Positions 51,393-64,000 of a stretch of DNA of 64,000 nucleotides are shown here, piece by piece. Origin of the DNA: Eledone cirrhosa (taxonomy: Eukaryota); NCBI GenBank assembly GCA_964016885.1, contig OZ024742.1:292330001-292394000 (forward strand), read 5' to 3'. Position 1 is the stretch's first letter. Each line of letters begins with the position of its first letter. Below the pieces are notes generated by a model that did not search any database, had not been told where the DNA came from, and saw nothing but the letters and a program-made list of their open reading frames with translations. The position numbers and the translations under genes are program-made.

Positions 51393-53544
51393 ATATATGT
51401 ATAGTGGGGGGAAAATGGACGTTAAATAGTGATGATGATGGCGATGTGTGTGTGTGGTCACAAACTGTGACAGCATGGAAAGTAGACATAGAATGATTAT
51501 AATAGTGTTGATGATGACAATAAACACTTTAAAAACAGTTTTGAATCATAGAAACAAGAGTAGTTTTAGTCAGTTTGATAATAAAAGGATTAAATATGTA
51601 AAAATTATTGTATTATTGAATTAAGGGCAGTTCCAAATGGTTTGATAGCAAACAGTTTTTAAATATATAAAAGTTATTGAACTTTCAAAGCATAGATTCC
51701 AAACTTGAGAAGATTCCATTTCTACAACTTTAGATTATAAATCTTCTCAATGCAAGCATTTTTCAACATTTATATGAGCTGCAACAGTTGTGATAGTTAG
51801 GATTGCCAAATGTTGTTATATAGCCAGTACTGCCAAATTTCAGTACTAGACAATTTTCTAGTTAACACAAAACCAAAACCAAAGATATAATTTACATTGT
51901 AAATGTAGAATGTGTAATCTTAGCTATGAAGTCTGTAATGTGACTGATCTTATATAATGCACACGAGACTGAAGATATGTAGATAGTTAAGATAGGTTCA
52001 ATACTGTAATTATATCCTGCTATTTCCTTCTCAGCTGACAAGCTGTAAATATGCACAACTTCCACTCCACCCCTTCATCATCTCATTTGTGGTTAAATAA
52101 CCACCATTAGCTATAAAATATTTTATTTGTAAGAGCCAAGCGATTTTGGTTCAGGATTTTTCCTCACTTCCTGAAAACTTTAGTACAAAACATTTCATGA
52201 AGAAGAAGAAGAAGAAGAAGAAGAAGAAATATCAGCTGTAGGTGGCAGTAATACCAAATGTGACAGTGAAATATCCAAACCAGGAGTGAAATATAAAATG
52301 TGGGTGGGAAGCATGAAATGTAGCAGTGAACTGTCAAATATGATAAAAATATGAAATGTGGGAATGGTGTATCAAATATGACACATAAACATAAAATATG
52401 TAACTCTTCCATCCTTCCACCATCTTGTTTATACTTGAATGATCACCATTAGCTCTAAAATATTTTATTTCTAAAGAACAAACCTACTAAGATTCAATGT
52501 TTGTTTTAACAATAAGATTCAATATTTGTTTTTAACAATTCTAGCAAAATTTAGATTGTTAAATTATGCGAATTTGTGCCAGCAAAGTAAACCAGACTGT
52601 CTTTAGACCTAATTCCCCAAATAAAAGACCAGGATGTTGTTGATGGAGGAAATATTAGATCTATGGCAGCTGTTATACATTTAACACATAATTTTGTAAG
52701 TCTTTGAATTGCTATGAAAGAAAAGCTTTTGATTGGAAACAACAACAACAACAGTAGCAAAAACAGCAACAACTATAACAACCTCATCTAAAGTAATAGC
52801 ATCAACAGCAACAACAACAGTGACAACAACAACAGTAACAACAGCAGTAATAACATCAACAACAATAAAAGACAGAAAAGATACCTAATAAATATTTTAG
52901 TAATAGAATCTCTACATGGTTGATAGATGCCAGAAATAACCATCTAGAAATGGCAGCCAAATCTCCCTCAAATCACATCCTACTGTATGTCTTATATAGA
53001 AGTAACAGCCAAATCTCCCTCATCAGGCCCAACAATCTAGAAATAACAGCCAAATCTCCCTCAAATCACATCCTACTGTATGTCTTATATAGAAATAACA
53101 GCCAAATTTTAGTAAATATAATGTTGTACATGAGTAGGTATGTATAATATTGTACATGAACAGGTGTGAATAATATGCGTAGGTGTATATATAATATGAT
53201 ATGAGAGGTGTATAGTATATCATATATAATATTGTATGGTGGGTGTTTAGTATATTATATATGAACAAATGTATTTAATATTCTACAATTCTATGTGTGT
53301 ATAATATTGTACATCTATATGAATGTATGATAAATGTGTAGATGTATATATTATAGTCTATGTATATATGATATTGTACATTGAGTTAGTATGTACAATA
53401 ATATAATACATGAGTAGGTGTATAACATATATCTGTAAACTTACACTGTTGTGCATCTGTATATATATATATACATACAGATGTACAACAGTATAAGTTT
53501 ACAGATATATGTTCTACAGGTATATATATATATATATATATATA

Positions 53545-53771
53545 TAAGTATGTATACGTACATACATATATGTATACAGACGTACAGTAGTATATATATA
53601 TATACATACATGCACACATATATATATATGTACGTATGGATTCACCAAACATTTATTATAATGCTCGGTGTGTTTGTAAACAAACATCCCGTATTAAGCC
53701 GAAGTGTCTAGCAACCACCGTTGCTCATTTGTTCAACACTGACAAAGGAACGCTGTACTAGTTTCAAGCTT
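53545..53771 (-). mobile_element. Truncated family B copy ending inside hammerhead stem II
   Basis: Near-identical to 12416-12643. Confidence 0.85.
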
Positions 53772-53849
53772 GTTTTCAACATACGGACTACATTGAGTTC
53801 TTCATGCAGACTAGACCCCACAACTTACCATGGATATCTGTGTGTAAAT

Positions 53850-55162
53850 ATATATATATATATATATTTACACACAGATATCCACGGTAAGTTGTGGGGT
53901 CTAGTCTGCATAAAGAACTCAATGTAATCCGTATGTTGAAAATGTTGTAGGTTAAAATAAATCCCGGAAAACAATAAAACATTAAAAGGGAAACAGAGTC
54001 ATGATATATGTTAAAACAATGAAATAAAAAATCAAGTCATTAGAAATATACTTCACTGCTTTACAATCGTTTCTAGGTGATGATAATACATCGTAACTAT
54101 ACCTCGTTATCGATCTATGTAAGGTTAGTTACAAAATATCAAATAAGGAGAATATTTACTTACATGCATATCACCAGCTGTTGTCAAAAGCAATAATAAT
54201 TTTATAATAATAATTTATAATAATAATTTTATTCAAAATTAGTAGTAAATTAGTATTATGTTTAGTTCTATGACCTTATTTGAAGGTAGTTGAAGAACTA
54301 ACCAATCAAATTGTTTTTTTCCATATGATTAAGATGAAAAATAATTCACTTTAGTTGAGGTCATGTCCCTTTGAAAGGAATGGTTGAATGGTGTTAATAA
54401 TAGAAATGCTATAAAAAATCTGTAAGGAAGAAGGGGATTGTCAAATTGATAGTTGAATGTATCTGGTATAGTGAAGTTTAAAAGGAATGTAAAAGTTAAA
54501 TGTTGAGTTGTGTTGTATGGAGTTTTTAGGTGAATATAAATTAAGGTCATGACTAGGAAAGATAGTATATTAAAAGGGGAAAATTATAAGATAATGAAAT
54601 ACAGTAATGCAATAATATAATATAATTGTTTCTACTTTAGGCACAAGGCCAGCAAATACCCAGTGCATTACTGGTACTTTATTTTATCGACCCCGTAAGG
54701 ATGAAAGGCAAAGTCAACCTCGGCGAGATTCGAACTCAGATCATAAAGGGACGTAACTATGTAACACAATATAGTACGGTATGGTAAATTGTACTTAGTA
54801 TAATACAGCGTATGATACGCCTTAAAATACTTTCAAGTATGTCTACGTATAAATAATCAAACTCAGATAAATGCATGTTGGCATAGTCAAAACGCATAAA
54901 TTTCATAGATCACAAAGTGCATATACCCACATTATAGATAGAGCTATAGTTATATTGATACTCAATTAAAAATATACATACGCATAAATAGATGCAAACA
55001 TATACATACATCTCCACATGTGCACACAATCATACATACATATATTTATATATATATATATTTTTTTACATATACACACCTATATACACACATATATATG
55101 TAAGTACACACACTTAATGTACACACACACATATAAACACTCATACACATATACTCGCATAT

Positions 55163-55215
<53 letters not shown>

Positions 55216-56228
55216 CATATTTACTCATGCAATTACGGGTGGTTGTGTACCTTGTTGCCATTAGTCATTAACGCATAAATCTAAAGAAGCTAAAAAATTA
55301 AAAGGTAAGAAATAAACATGAATGCGTATAATTAGGGGAAAGGGATACTAACAAATGTTACACTATATAGAATTATAGTGAGTTGCTATTTAGAACATTT
55401 AATTAGGTTTATAGTATTTAAATGTTTTTCGTATATGGTGATTACAAACTATAATCAGTTCCTGTCTTTTATTCAATAAGTCGTCCTTAGATTTAGTAAT
55501 TCCCAAGATCTCCCCTGAACATAACTTGCATTCTCTCCTGTTCCCAAGATATGGAGTTCTTTGTAGAATGGTGTTCCACGATAGCTTGAAATCTATTTTT
55601 TTTTTCTTTTTATAGTTATTTACTGCTTCAGCTAAAGATGTGGTGTTAACTAGTTTAGTATTTTTAAAACTACTAGAGTGTGCGTAAAATCTTTTCTTAA
55701 ATGTGTTTGATGTAGATCCTATATATGTTTTGTTGGAGTCAGTAGTGGATACAGTGCGTTTATATATTACATTATTAATCAAACAGTTGCCATTCAAGGG
55801 GCAAATGCTGCTATTTCTGCAATTACAACCATACGTAAGATGGTTGTTGGGGGTACCCATACCATTCTCATTAATTCTTGAGCTATTCCTATTGTAATTA
55901 ATGTTAGTGGGAGAATGAAGGTTGCTTTGTGGGTGGTTTAGTGCTAGGGTTGTATTGTGATTTTGTGTTATGTTGTTTTTGTGTTGGTGATGTTGGTGGG
56001 AGATACCACCAAATATTTAACAGATATACTGTTAAATTCTCATACTCTACATCAAGCAATCTCCAGCAAAAAATAAGCAACTACAACATTTATAAATTTA
56101 AAAATAATATGACCACACCACCACAACATAATTTAAATAGGACTGCACCTTTTAAAAGGACAAATAATGCAATCCTTCAACCTGTAAAACACAACCACCC
56201 AAATCACCAACACAAAAACAACATAACG
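53850..56228 (-). mobile_element. Naiad 3' portion with 5' inversion
   Basis: ORF 55399-55860 (CNCRNSSICPLNGNC, VIYK, TYIGSTSNTFKKRF, CKLC, LLNKRQE). Inverted thumb piece 55999-56228 (HQIFNRYTVKFSYST). Decayed hammerhead near 54060-54110. Assignment of the 3' UTR extent is less certain. Confidence 0.8.
54624..54762 (-). mobile_element. SINE family 1, 5'-truncated
   Basis: Reverse complement of the family 1 body and tail. Confidence 0.88.
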
Positions 56229-56778
56229 ACCGTGACCTCTGGTGTCATGCAGTAATACAGAAGTCCCAACTTCCCACGGATACAAGCCGAAGCTGAAGCA
56301 TATAGAAAATATGCCCCCACCCTCTCCCACTGCAAAGTGGTCGTGGAGGTGCCACGGCAAAAAAGCACCCAGCCCACACTGTAAAGTGGACGTGTAGGCG
56401 CTACGGGAAAAAAAGCACCCAGCACTCACTGTAAATGAGGTTGGTGTTAGGAAGGGCATCCAGCTGTAAAAATCAAGCCAGAATCAGTTCCCGTATGAGC
56501 AAGACAAGGTCAGCCAACTGGACACTGCCCACAACAGGACAACCCGTCTGCCCCATGGTAGCACAGAAGAACGGACGTAAAACAGTGAGGATGATGATGA
56601 TGATATATATACATATACATATATATATATTTGGTGTTAGGAAGGGCATCCAACCGTAGAAAATCTGCCAGATAGTCCTATACGAGTGAGACACAGTCAC
56701 CCAACCAATCTTACCTCAAATGGGACAATTCACGTTTAACCCATGCTAGCATGGAAGATAGACATTAAACGATGATGA

Positions 56779-56829
<51 letters not shown>

Positions 56830-56849
56830 TATATATATATATGTGTATA

Positions 56850-57625
56850 TAGTTAGCAAAGATAAGTCCCAATTTTAATTTTGAGATGCTTTTTTCAACA
56901 GCCGATTACTATTGAGCCATTTTACATTTCTTTAAATGTATAAATCATCTGTATACAGTTCAAATGTTCAATTCGGTTATATGCAATAGATTTCATCCAA
57001 AGGTGATTTTATTTTTCAACAGCCATGCTTATCTCAGTCTTTCTCTACTATAACCACCACATTTTACAATATATGCATGTTTTTTTTATTTTATTTTGGA
57101 GTTTTAAATTGTTGAATTCGGTTTTATGTGACAATCTTTCAACATTCACCAGGTTAGCAAAGATAAGTCTTGATTATCATTTAAAGAAGATTTTTTTTCA
57201 ACAGCTGATTTCTATTCAACTATTTTGCATTTCTTTAAATGTTTTAAATCAGTTGTATACAGCTTAAATGTTCAATTCAGTTATATACAAGATAGATTTT
57301 CATCTGAAAATAATTTTTTTTCATCCATGATGTTGGCAACTTGTTTCACTCTCTCAATCTATTATAATTGTAACATTGCATCATATGAGCCCATTTCTTA
57401 TTTTCCTTGGAAGTTTAACATTTTCAATTCAGTTATATGGAACAGTTGTTCAACATTGAATAAGTTACTAAAGACATACCCTAACGTTCATTTGAACATG
57501 AATTTTTCGACACCCAAATTCCATTTAAATATTTTGCAACTCTTTAAATGTCTTAAATCAATGGTGTATCATTTAAATGTTCAGTTCAATTGTATACAAT
57601 AGATTTTCATCTGAAGATTATTTTT
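56850..57625 (+). repeat. Diverged ~305 bp tandem repeat, about 2.5 units
   Basis: GTTAGCAAAGATAAGTC at 56852 and 57153, diverged at ~57463. AAATGTTCA.TTC..TT.TAT.CAA..GATTT recurs three times. Confidence 0.8.
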
Positions 57626-58056
57626 TCGTGGTACATTATGAAGACAACCCATCTAGGGGAGCAATCACTCTGAATAAAAATATATACAGGGTAGTGAGAA
57701 CTCTTAAGTTTAGTCAGAAAAAATCTCTAGTGTTGGGAGCACAAATAATGCACCCATTCCTCGCTGTAAAGTGGTTAGTGATAGGAAAGGCATCATATGA
57801 ATATGTTGGATGCCTTTGAGATGTAATTCGTTTTTTGCTGCAACATCATATCTGATGAGCAAGTCAATATAGGAGTCAGATATATACCATCCATATAGAG
57901 CTTGAGCCAATCATCTGTCAAACATATGTAACTGATCAATAACCAATATAAACATTTATGTGAAACTTCATGTTAAACTATATATATATTTGTGTGTGTG
58001 TGTGTATATATATATGTATGTATGTATTTATATATATATATATGTATATATATATA

Positions 58057-58089
<33 letters not shown>

Positions 58090-58118
58090 GTGTGTATATA
58101 TATATATATATATGTGTG

Positions 58119-58210
<92 letters not shown>

Positions 58211-58227
58211 CATATATAACCCATAGT

Positions 58228-58416
58228 AGGCGGTGGATTGGCAGTATTGGTAGAGGGTCAAACGCCATGCTTTCCAGCATAGAGTTATGGCCCTTGCCAT
58301 TCTGAGTTCAAATCCCGCTGAGGTTAACTTTGCTTTCATCCTTAGAGGGTCGATAAAATAAAATACCAGTAATGCACTGGGTAATTGCTGGCCTTGTGCC
58401 AAAAGTAGAAACAATT
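58228..58416 (+). mobile_element. SINE family 1
   Basis: Full-length match to 3588-3782. Confidence 0.9.
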
Positions 58417-58726
58417 ATATATATATATAGAGAGAGGGGGGGGGGGGTTAATAAACACCTGGATGCGAAAGTTAATTAGAGATAAAAGTATTTGCTAGAC
58501 ATTTATCTCCAATTAAAAATCAATAAGTGAAGAAAGTCTCAAGTTCAATAGTTTTTCCAAGACTGGAGAAATGGTAAATAGTTTTAACTGATAATTATTT
58601 CCATTAGAAATTCAGTCTTACTTTGAAACATTCTAGGAATGGTAATCTGGTTGTTGATATGATAAAACATTACAGCAGGGCATAATGTAATTTCACTAAT
58701 GAGAAAAACATGAGGTAATCAGATTA

Positions 58727-59190
58727 TTAACCCTTTCATTACCATATTTCAAATGAAAGACACTGTTTATGGTTTTCAAATAATTTCAAAAATAATCCAG
58801 AATTTGGAGAGATCTTAAGTTATGTCCCAAACATTAGCTAAATAATGAGAAAGTTAGTTATATTATTAAATCTCTCCAGGGCGGTGGATTGGTAGTATCG
58901 ATAGAGTGTTGGACAACACGCTTTGCAGCACAGAGTTACGTCCCTTTACATTCTGGGTTCAAATCCCGACAAGGTTAGCTTTGCTTTTCATCCTTATGGG
59001 GTCAATAAAATAAAGTACCATTGATGCTCTAGGGTCGATTTCATCGACTTTCTCCCTCTCCCTCAAATTGTTGACCTTGTGCCTAAATCAGAAACCATTA
59101 TTAAATCTCTCCAAATTCTTGATTATTTTCAAAATTATTTGAAAATCATAAGAAGTGTTTCTTAATAGAAATATCATAACAGAAGGATTG
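58727..59190. mobile_element. piggyBac-like MITE interrupted by a SINE
   Basis: Begins TTAA|CCCTTTC. 58730-58813 is an imperfect inverted repeat of 59104-59188. Confidence 0.55.
58879..59097 (+). mobile_element. SINE family 1 with target-site duplication
   Basis: ATTATTAAATCTCTCCA lies directly before the head and directly after the tail. Confidence 0.92.
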
Positions 59191-59939
59191 GTGTGTTTAT
59201 ATTTACCTAAAAACTTCCATCATAATTTTATGTAAGAACCTTTGTTAAGATATATCCTAAATACCAACTTAATGAGAAAGTTATTTTATTAAATCTCTCC
59301 AAATTCTTAATTAGTTTTTAATAACCTCAGTTAAAATGAGGTGCGTGTTTACCATAGAATTAAGGGCAATTTCTAGCAGGTATTGAAAGAGTTAATAATT
59401 GTTTCTAATTTAGGCAAAAGGTCAGTAATGTGGATGAAAAGAAAGTCAATTGACAAGTATTTTTGTATATCAACTCTGGAAGGATGAAAAGCAGAGTTAA
59501 CTTCAGCAGATTCAAACTCAGATTGTAAGGAGCTAGGACAAATAATGGTTTCTGGTTTAGGCTGAAGGCTAACAATTTTAGTGGGAAGGGAAAGTCGATT
59601 AAATCGACCCCTGATACTCTATTTTATCAACCCTGTAAGGATGAAAGGCGAAGCTAAACTCGGTGGGATTTGAAATCAGAAACAAAGCAAGACAAATAAT
59701 GCAAAGCATTTTTTTCTGGGTGCTCTAATGAACCTGCTAATCCACTATAAGACTTAATACTTCCTCTTTGTTAATGTGAAGACACCTGACCTAGTGGATA
59801 AAGTGTTGAACTCACAATCATAAGGTAATCAGTTTCATTCCTTATCAGGCTGGTGCATTTCATTCCACATTGCTTTTCATGACAGGACTGGGGCCCCTGT
59901 CATTAAAACATGCAAAGAAATCTTCTATAAGAGCAAACT

Positions 59940-60200
59940 CACAGGAACCCAACATCTGGACTGGCAGGCTTTGACCTTCCCAGAAAGCAATGAGTGTCCC
60001 TTGATCGGATTTGCATGGCACATGCCAGGACAGCCTTATCATCTTCATCGGTGGAAAATGAAAGACAGCTCAGCATGTGATGGTGGGGATCCTGAACAGA
60101 CAGTACTACAAGTTGTTCAAGATTGCCCCCTCAGACATTTTTCCGGCGGCTTTCCATAATGCTTCAAAAGATACCTTAGTCTGGCTCACTCGTCTCGACC
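59940..60200 (+). mobile_element. Vingi/Ingi-like LINE C-terminal remnant
   Basis: GFDLPRKQ, LHRWKMKDSSACD.G..EQT...V.DCPLRHFSGG. Confidence 0.65.
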
Positions 60201-60561
60201 TGCCTCTCTAGCTAATATGTATATATGTAATACAAGAAGAAGAAGAAGCCAGTTAAACCTGCAAGGAAGTAATCTGTAACAACATACATATGTGTCTGTG
60301 CATGACAGGACAAGAGACCCTATCATTAAAAGACCTGAAAAACTTCCTATGAGACTAGCAACACCTACATAGGTGAGAGCTGTAATTTTCATTTCATTTT
60401 TTCTCTCTCAATAACAAGTCACGTTATATTTTATGTTATTTTCATCAGATTCTACCAATATACACTTCGCTAGAATATTCTGGGCTACTGTTTTAGATTT
60501 ATTGAATTTTTTATATCAATATGTATTAATTCCACCCAATTCAACATTGGGCCCCCATCTT

Positions 60562-60643
<82 letters not shown>

Positions 60644-60751
60644 ATATATATATATGTATGTGTGTGTGTGTGTGTATGTATAATATATATATTGATTGCT
60701 CTTTTCTTTTGATTGTATCCACATACACATTTCTCTCTCCCACTCTATCTT

Positions 60752-60818
<67 letters not shown>

Positions 60819-61390
60819 GTATATATATATATATATATACATACATATATATATATATGCATGTATGTATATATATATAATATACATATATAGATATATG
60901 TGTGTGTGTATATATATATATATGTATATATATATATGTGTATATATATATATATGTTTATATATATATGTATATATATATATACACATACCCATACACA
61001 TACCCATATACACACACATATATATATATATATATGCATGTATATGTATATATATATATATATACATATATGCAAATTTCAAATAGTTTTCCGTTGGTTT
61101 CAAAATCATCTGTCATTCTAATAGAACAGAACTGAATATATTCTTTGGGGCTTTACAAATATCTTTGAAATGATAATATCATTTTTTTTCATTCAATTTC
61201 TCAAAGAGGAAGTAATAATAATAATAATAGTGATAATAATAACAATAATAACAACATCATCAACAACAACAACAACAACAATTACATTTCTAAACATCAT
61301 ACATATCACAAATTGTTCACAAAAGAAATTGTTCTCCTTTACCAATATATTTGCAAATACATAAACCTTTCAAATTACCCCCCCCCCTCT

Positions 61391-61450
<60 letters not shown>

Positions 61451-61455
<5 letters not shown>

Positions 61456-62113
61456 TTGTATTTTAACTCCTAGAATTAACGATTAACTGATTAATTTAAT
61501 TAGATAATTCTATTGATTGATTAATTGTTTATGTTTGTTTGATTACTTCTGGTTGAGTGCTTAATTCGGTTTGTCTAAGGGAATTTCATTCCTTTGTCTC
61601 AAATTTCGAATTCACCACCAAAACGGGGGTTACCTCCCTTGGAGAAAACCACGTGTATATAGCGAAATTTACTGCTAGAACATACCCGCAGAGGCTAAAG
61701 AACACAAGACTTGTTGAAGAAGTAAATTCTTTGTTCTGTCGTCAAAGACCATTAACTTGCAGACCCCTGCAAGCGGAATTAGTCAATCTTGGATTTGCAG
61801 AAACCTAGTGCTGATGTTGTGTGTTGTATGTGATGTATATCATATGCTATACGATATGCATTATATGTTGCATTCGGTCTCCGCGCTATGTCCAGGTCAG
61901 TCTAAAATCTTTTCCTGAGTCCAACCATTTTCGTTCCTGTGGTAATGCGGCTGGACTGCCGATCGCTATATTTGATTTGCTAAGCTGTCTAAACGTATTG
62001 TTATTACTCTGGGGTACTATTCCCTATCGAGTGCTAAAGCTACATACCGAAATTGCATTCGTTAGCTTGGCCGCAAACTAAAGCTTCGTTAATGCTGTAC
62101 TAAAATTTGTATT
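61451..62113 (+). mobile_element. Family C, second copy (~650 bp unit), within (TA)n
   Basis: Collinear with 40592-41248; starts and ends with AAAATTTGTATTT. Confidence 0.8.
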
Positions 62114-62139
62114 TATATATATATATATATATACACATA

Positions 62140-62242
62140 CAGGGTGTTCCCCAGAAAATTGTATACACACTTCAACAGCATTCTAATAAATATTGCCTGT
62201 ACAGGTAGTCAAAGGGTGTATACATTTTGGGGGGACACCCTG
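62140..62242. mobile_element. Tc1/mariner-type MITE
   Basis: TA|CAGGGTGT...ACACCCTG|TA, homologous to 12301-12400. Confidence 0.85.
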
Positions 62243-62907
62243 TATGTATGTGTCTGAGTGTGTGTATGTATTATGTGTGTGTCTGTGTCTTTGTATGTAT
62301 ATATGTGTGTAGTATCATCTTGGTTTTTGTAGAACAAAATATTTTTAGAAGTAATTTTTTTCCAAACATTATATATATACCTTTTATTTGAAATATTTTA
62401 ACCTAATCCTATTTAAATAAAACTAAAACAAATCCTATTTAAATAAAACTAAAACAAAAAAAAATCAATAATACTAAAATGAAAGATTGATTATATAGGT
62501 TAGATACAGCTAAAAAGATAGGTGAGACAGATTGAAAATAAAATAGAATTAAACAACAAAAACAAAAAAAAAAGCCAAACAAATATCTCTTGAATTTAAA
62601 AGTCTACTGAATATTTCGAGCACTGTTCATCATTTGCAGATGTCAAATGATGGTGCTTTTTATAGTTGTTGTTGTTATTATTGTTAGTGATTTTTTTTTA
62701 ATAGCTGCAGGGAGGGCAAGGCAGGGGGTCTGTATGGAGAATAGAGAAAACATCATAAGCATAGAGGTTACAATACATGTGGGGCTGGACAAATAGAGTT
62801 ATATAAAACAAAGGGTAGGGGGCAACAATGTTATATAAAAGACAGATATCATCATCATCCTCAACATCATCATTATTATTACTATTATTATTATTATCAT
62901 TATATGA

Positions 62908-63340
62908 AGTACCGGTAATGCACTGGGATTGATTTATTCAACTTTCCCCTTCCCTTTAAATTTCTGACCTTGTGCCAAAAAGTAGAAACAATTATTATTA
63001 TTATTATCTCGCCGAGGTGGATTGGCAGTATCGGTAGAGGGTCGGGACACCATGCTTTCCAGCATAGAGTTACGTCCCTTTACGATCTGTGTTTAAATCC
63101 CGCCGAGGTTGACTTTGCCTTTCATCCTTACGGAGTCGATAAAATAAAGTACCAGTAATGCACTGGGTAATTGCTGGCCTTGTGCCTAAAGTAGAAACAA
63201 TTATTATCTCGCTGAGGTTAGCTTTGCCCTTCATTCTTGTGGGGTCAATAAAATAAAGTACCAGTAATGCACTGGGGTCGATTTTATCAACTTTCTCCTC
63301 CCCAAAAATTGTTGGCCTTGTGCCTGAATCAGAAACCATT
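62908..63340 (+). mobile_element. Stack of three SINE family 1 pieces
   Basis: Tail-only 62908-62995, near full 63010-63205, 3' half 63208-63340. Confidence 0.88.
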
Positions 63341-64000
63341 CATCATCATCATTATCATCATCATCGTTTAACGTCTATCTTCCACACTAGCATGGGTTAG
63401 ATGGGAATTGACCCATTTGAGGTAAGATTGGTCGTGTCTTGCTCGTATAGGACTATCTGGCAGGTTTTCTATGGTTGGATGCCCTTCCTAACACCAACCA
63501 TATTTACAGTGTGGACTGAGAGCTGTTTACCATGTTACCTACACAACCACATTACAACGTTGACTGTGTTGTTGTTTTTTGGGGTTTTTTTTTGTCGTGA
63601 CACCTACACGACTTCATTAATTTGGACTGAATGTTGTGGTACCAACATAACTTTATAGAGAAAGGGTGGTGTTGGCGAGAGTGGAAGGGTGGTGTAGGGG
63701 TAGTGGGTTTGGATGTATGTTTGGTTTGGACGGGCCTACTGACAGTAGGTTAACTTCACACGTAAGGAATGCGGGTCTTCTGTATTACTGTATGGCGCTA
63801 AAGATCTCAATCCAGTGACATTGTCTTAGAGAGGTGCAAGTGTGCAAGGTTGGAATTTATCAAGTCGTACCAGGTTTTTCTGGGTCTACCTACTCCGTAG
63901 CTTCCATCAATTTTGATCGCCCTGCAATTTTTTATACAGCTGTCGTCTTTCATGCGCATCACGTGACCATACCAACGTAATCTTCTCTCGAGTAAACAGC
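63341..64000 (-). mobile_element. RTE LINE 3' end and UTR, running off the window end
   Basis: Minus frames give LERRLRWYGHVMRM and GRPRKTWYDLI; (GAT)n tail at 63341-63365. Confidence 0.85.

Overview
AT-rich, repeat-dominated eukaryotic DNA. The SINE/LINE repertoire and extreme (TA)n/(CA)n/(TACA)n load suggest a coleoid cephalopod, most likely Octopus (inferred from repeat style, not proven). I found no convincing host gene. Nearly all ORF-track entries are microsatellite read-throughs or antisense shadows. The real coding content is transposon debris: several Penelope-like elements (Naiad-type, plus Poseidon/Neptune-type RT and GIY-YIG pieces), a Tx1/L1-type LINE, a cluster of R4/Dong-type elements in (TACA)n, RTE LINEs with a PHD-like insert, CRE- and Vingi-like C-termini, two non-autonomous Helitrons, Tc1/mariner and piggyBac-like MITEs, and many tRNA-headed SINEs. 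The main hidden signal is RNA structure. By eye I find about 13 recognisable minimal type I hammerhead ribozymes plus several decayed ones, mostly with palindromic stem III. Some lie in Penelope pseudo-LTRs. Others lie in three short non-coding families (~260, ~270-420 and ~650 bp) with fixed ends, (TA)n flanks and, in two families, head-to-tail redundancy; these look like retrozymes. One hammerhead has a compensated U3-A8 core. In another family the cleavage triplet overlaps a putative splice donor. All coordinates were read manually; repeat boundaries are approximate.
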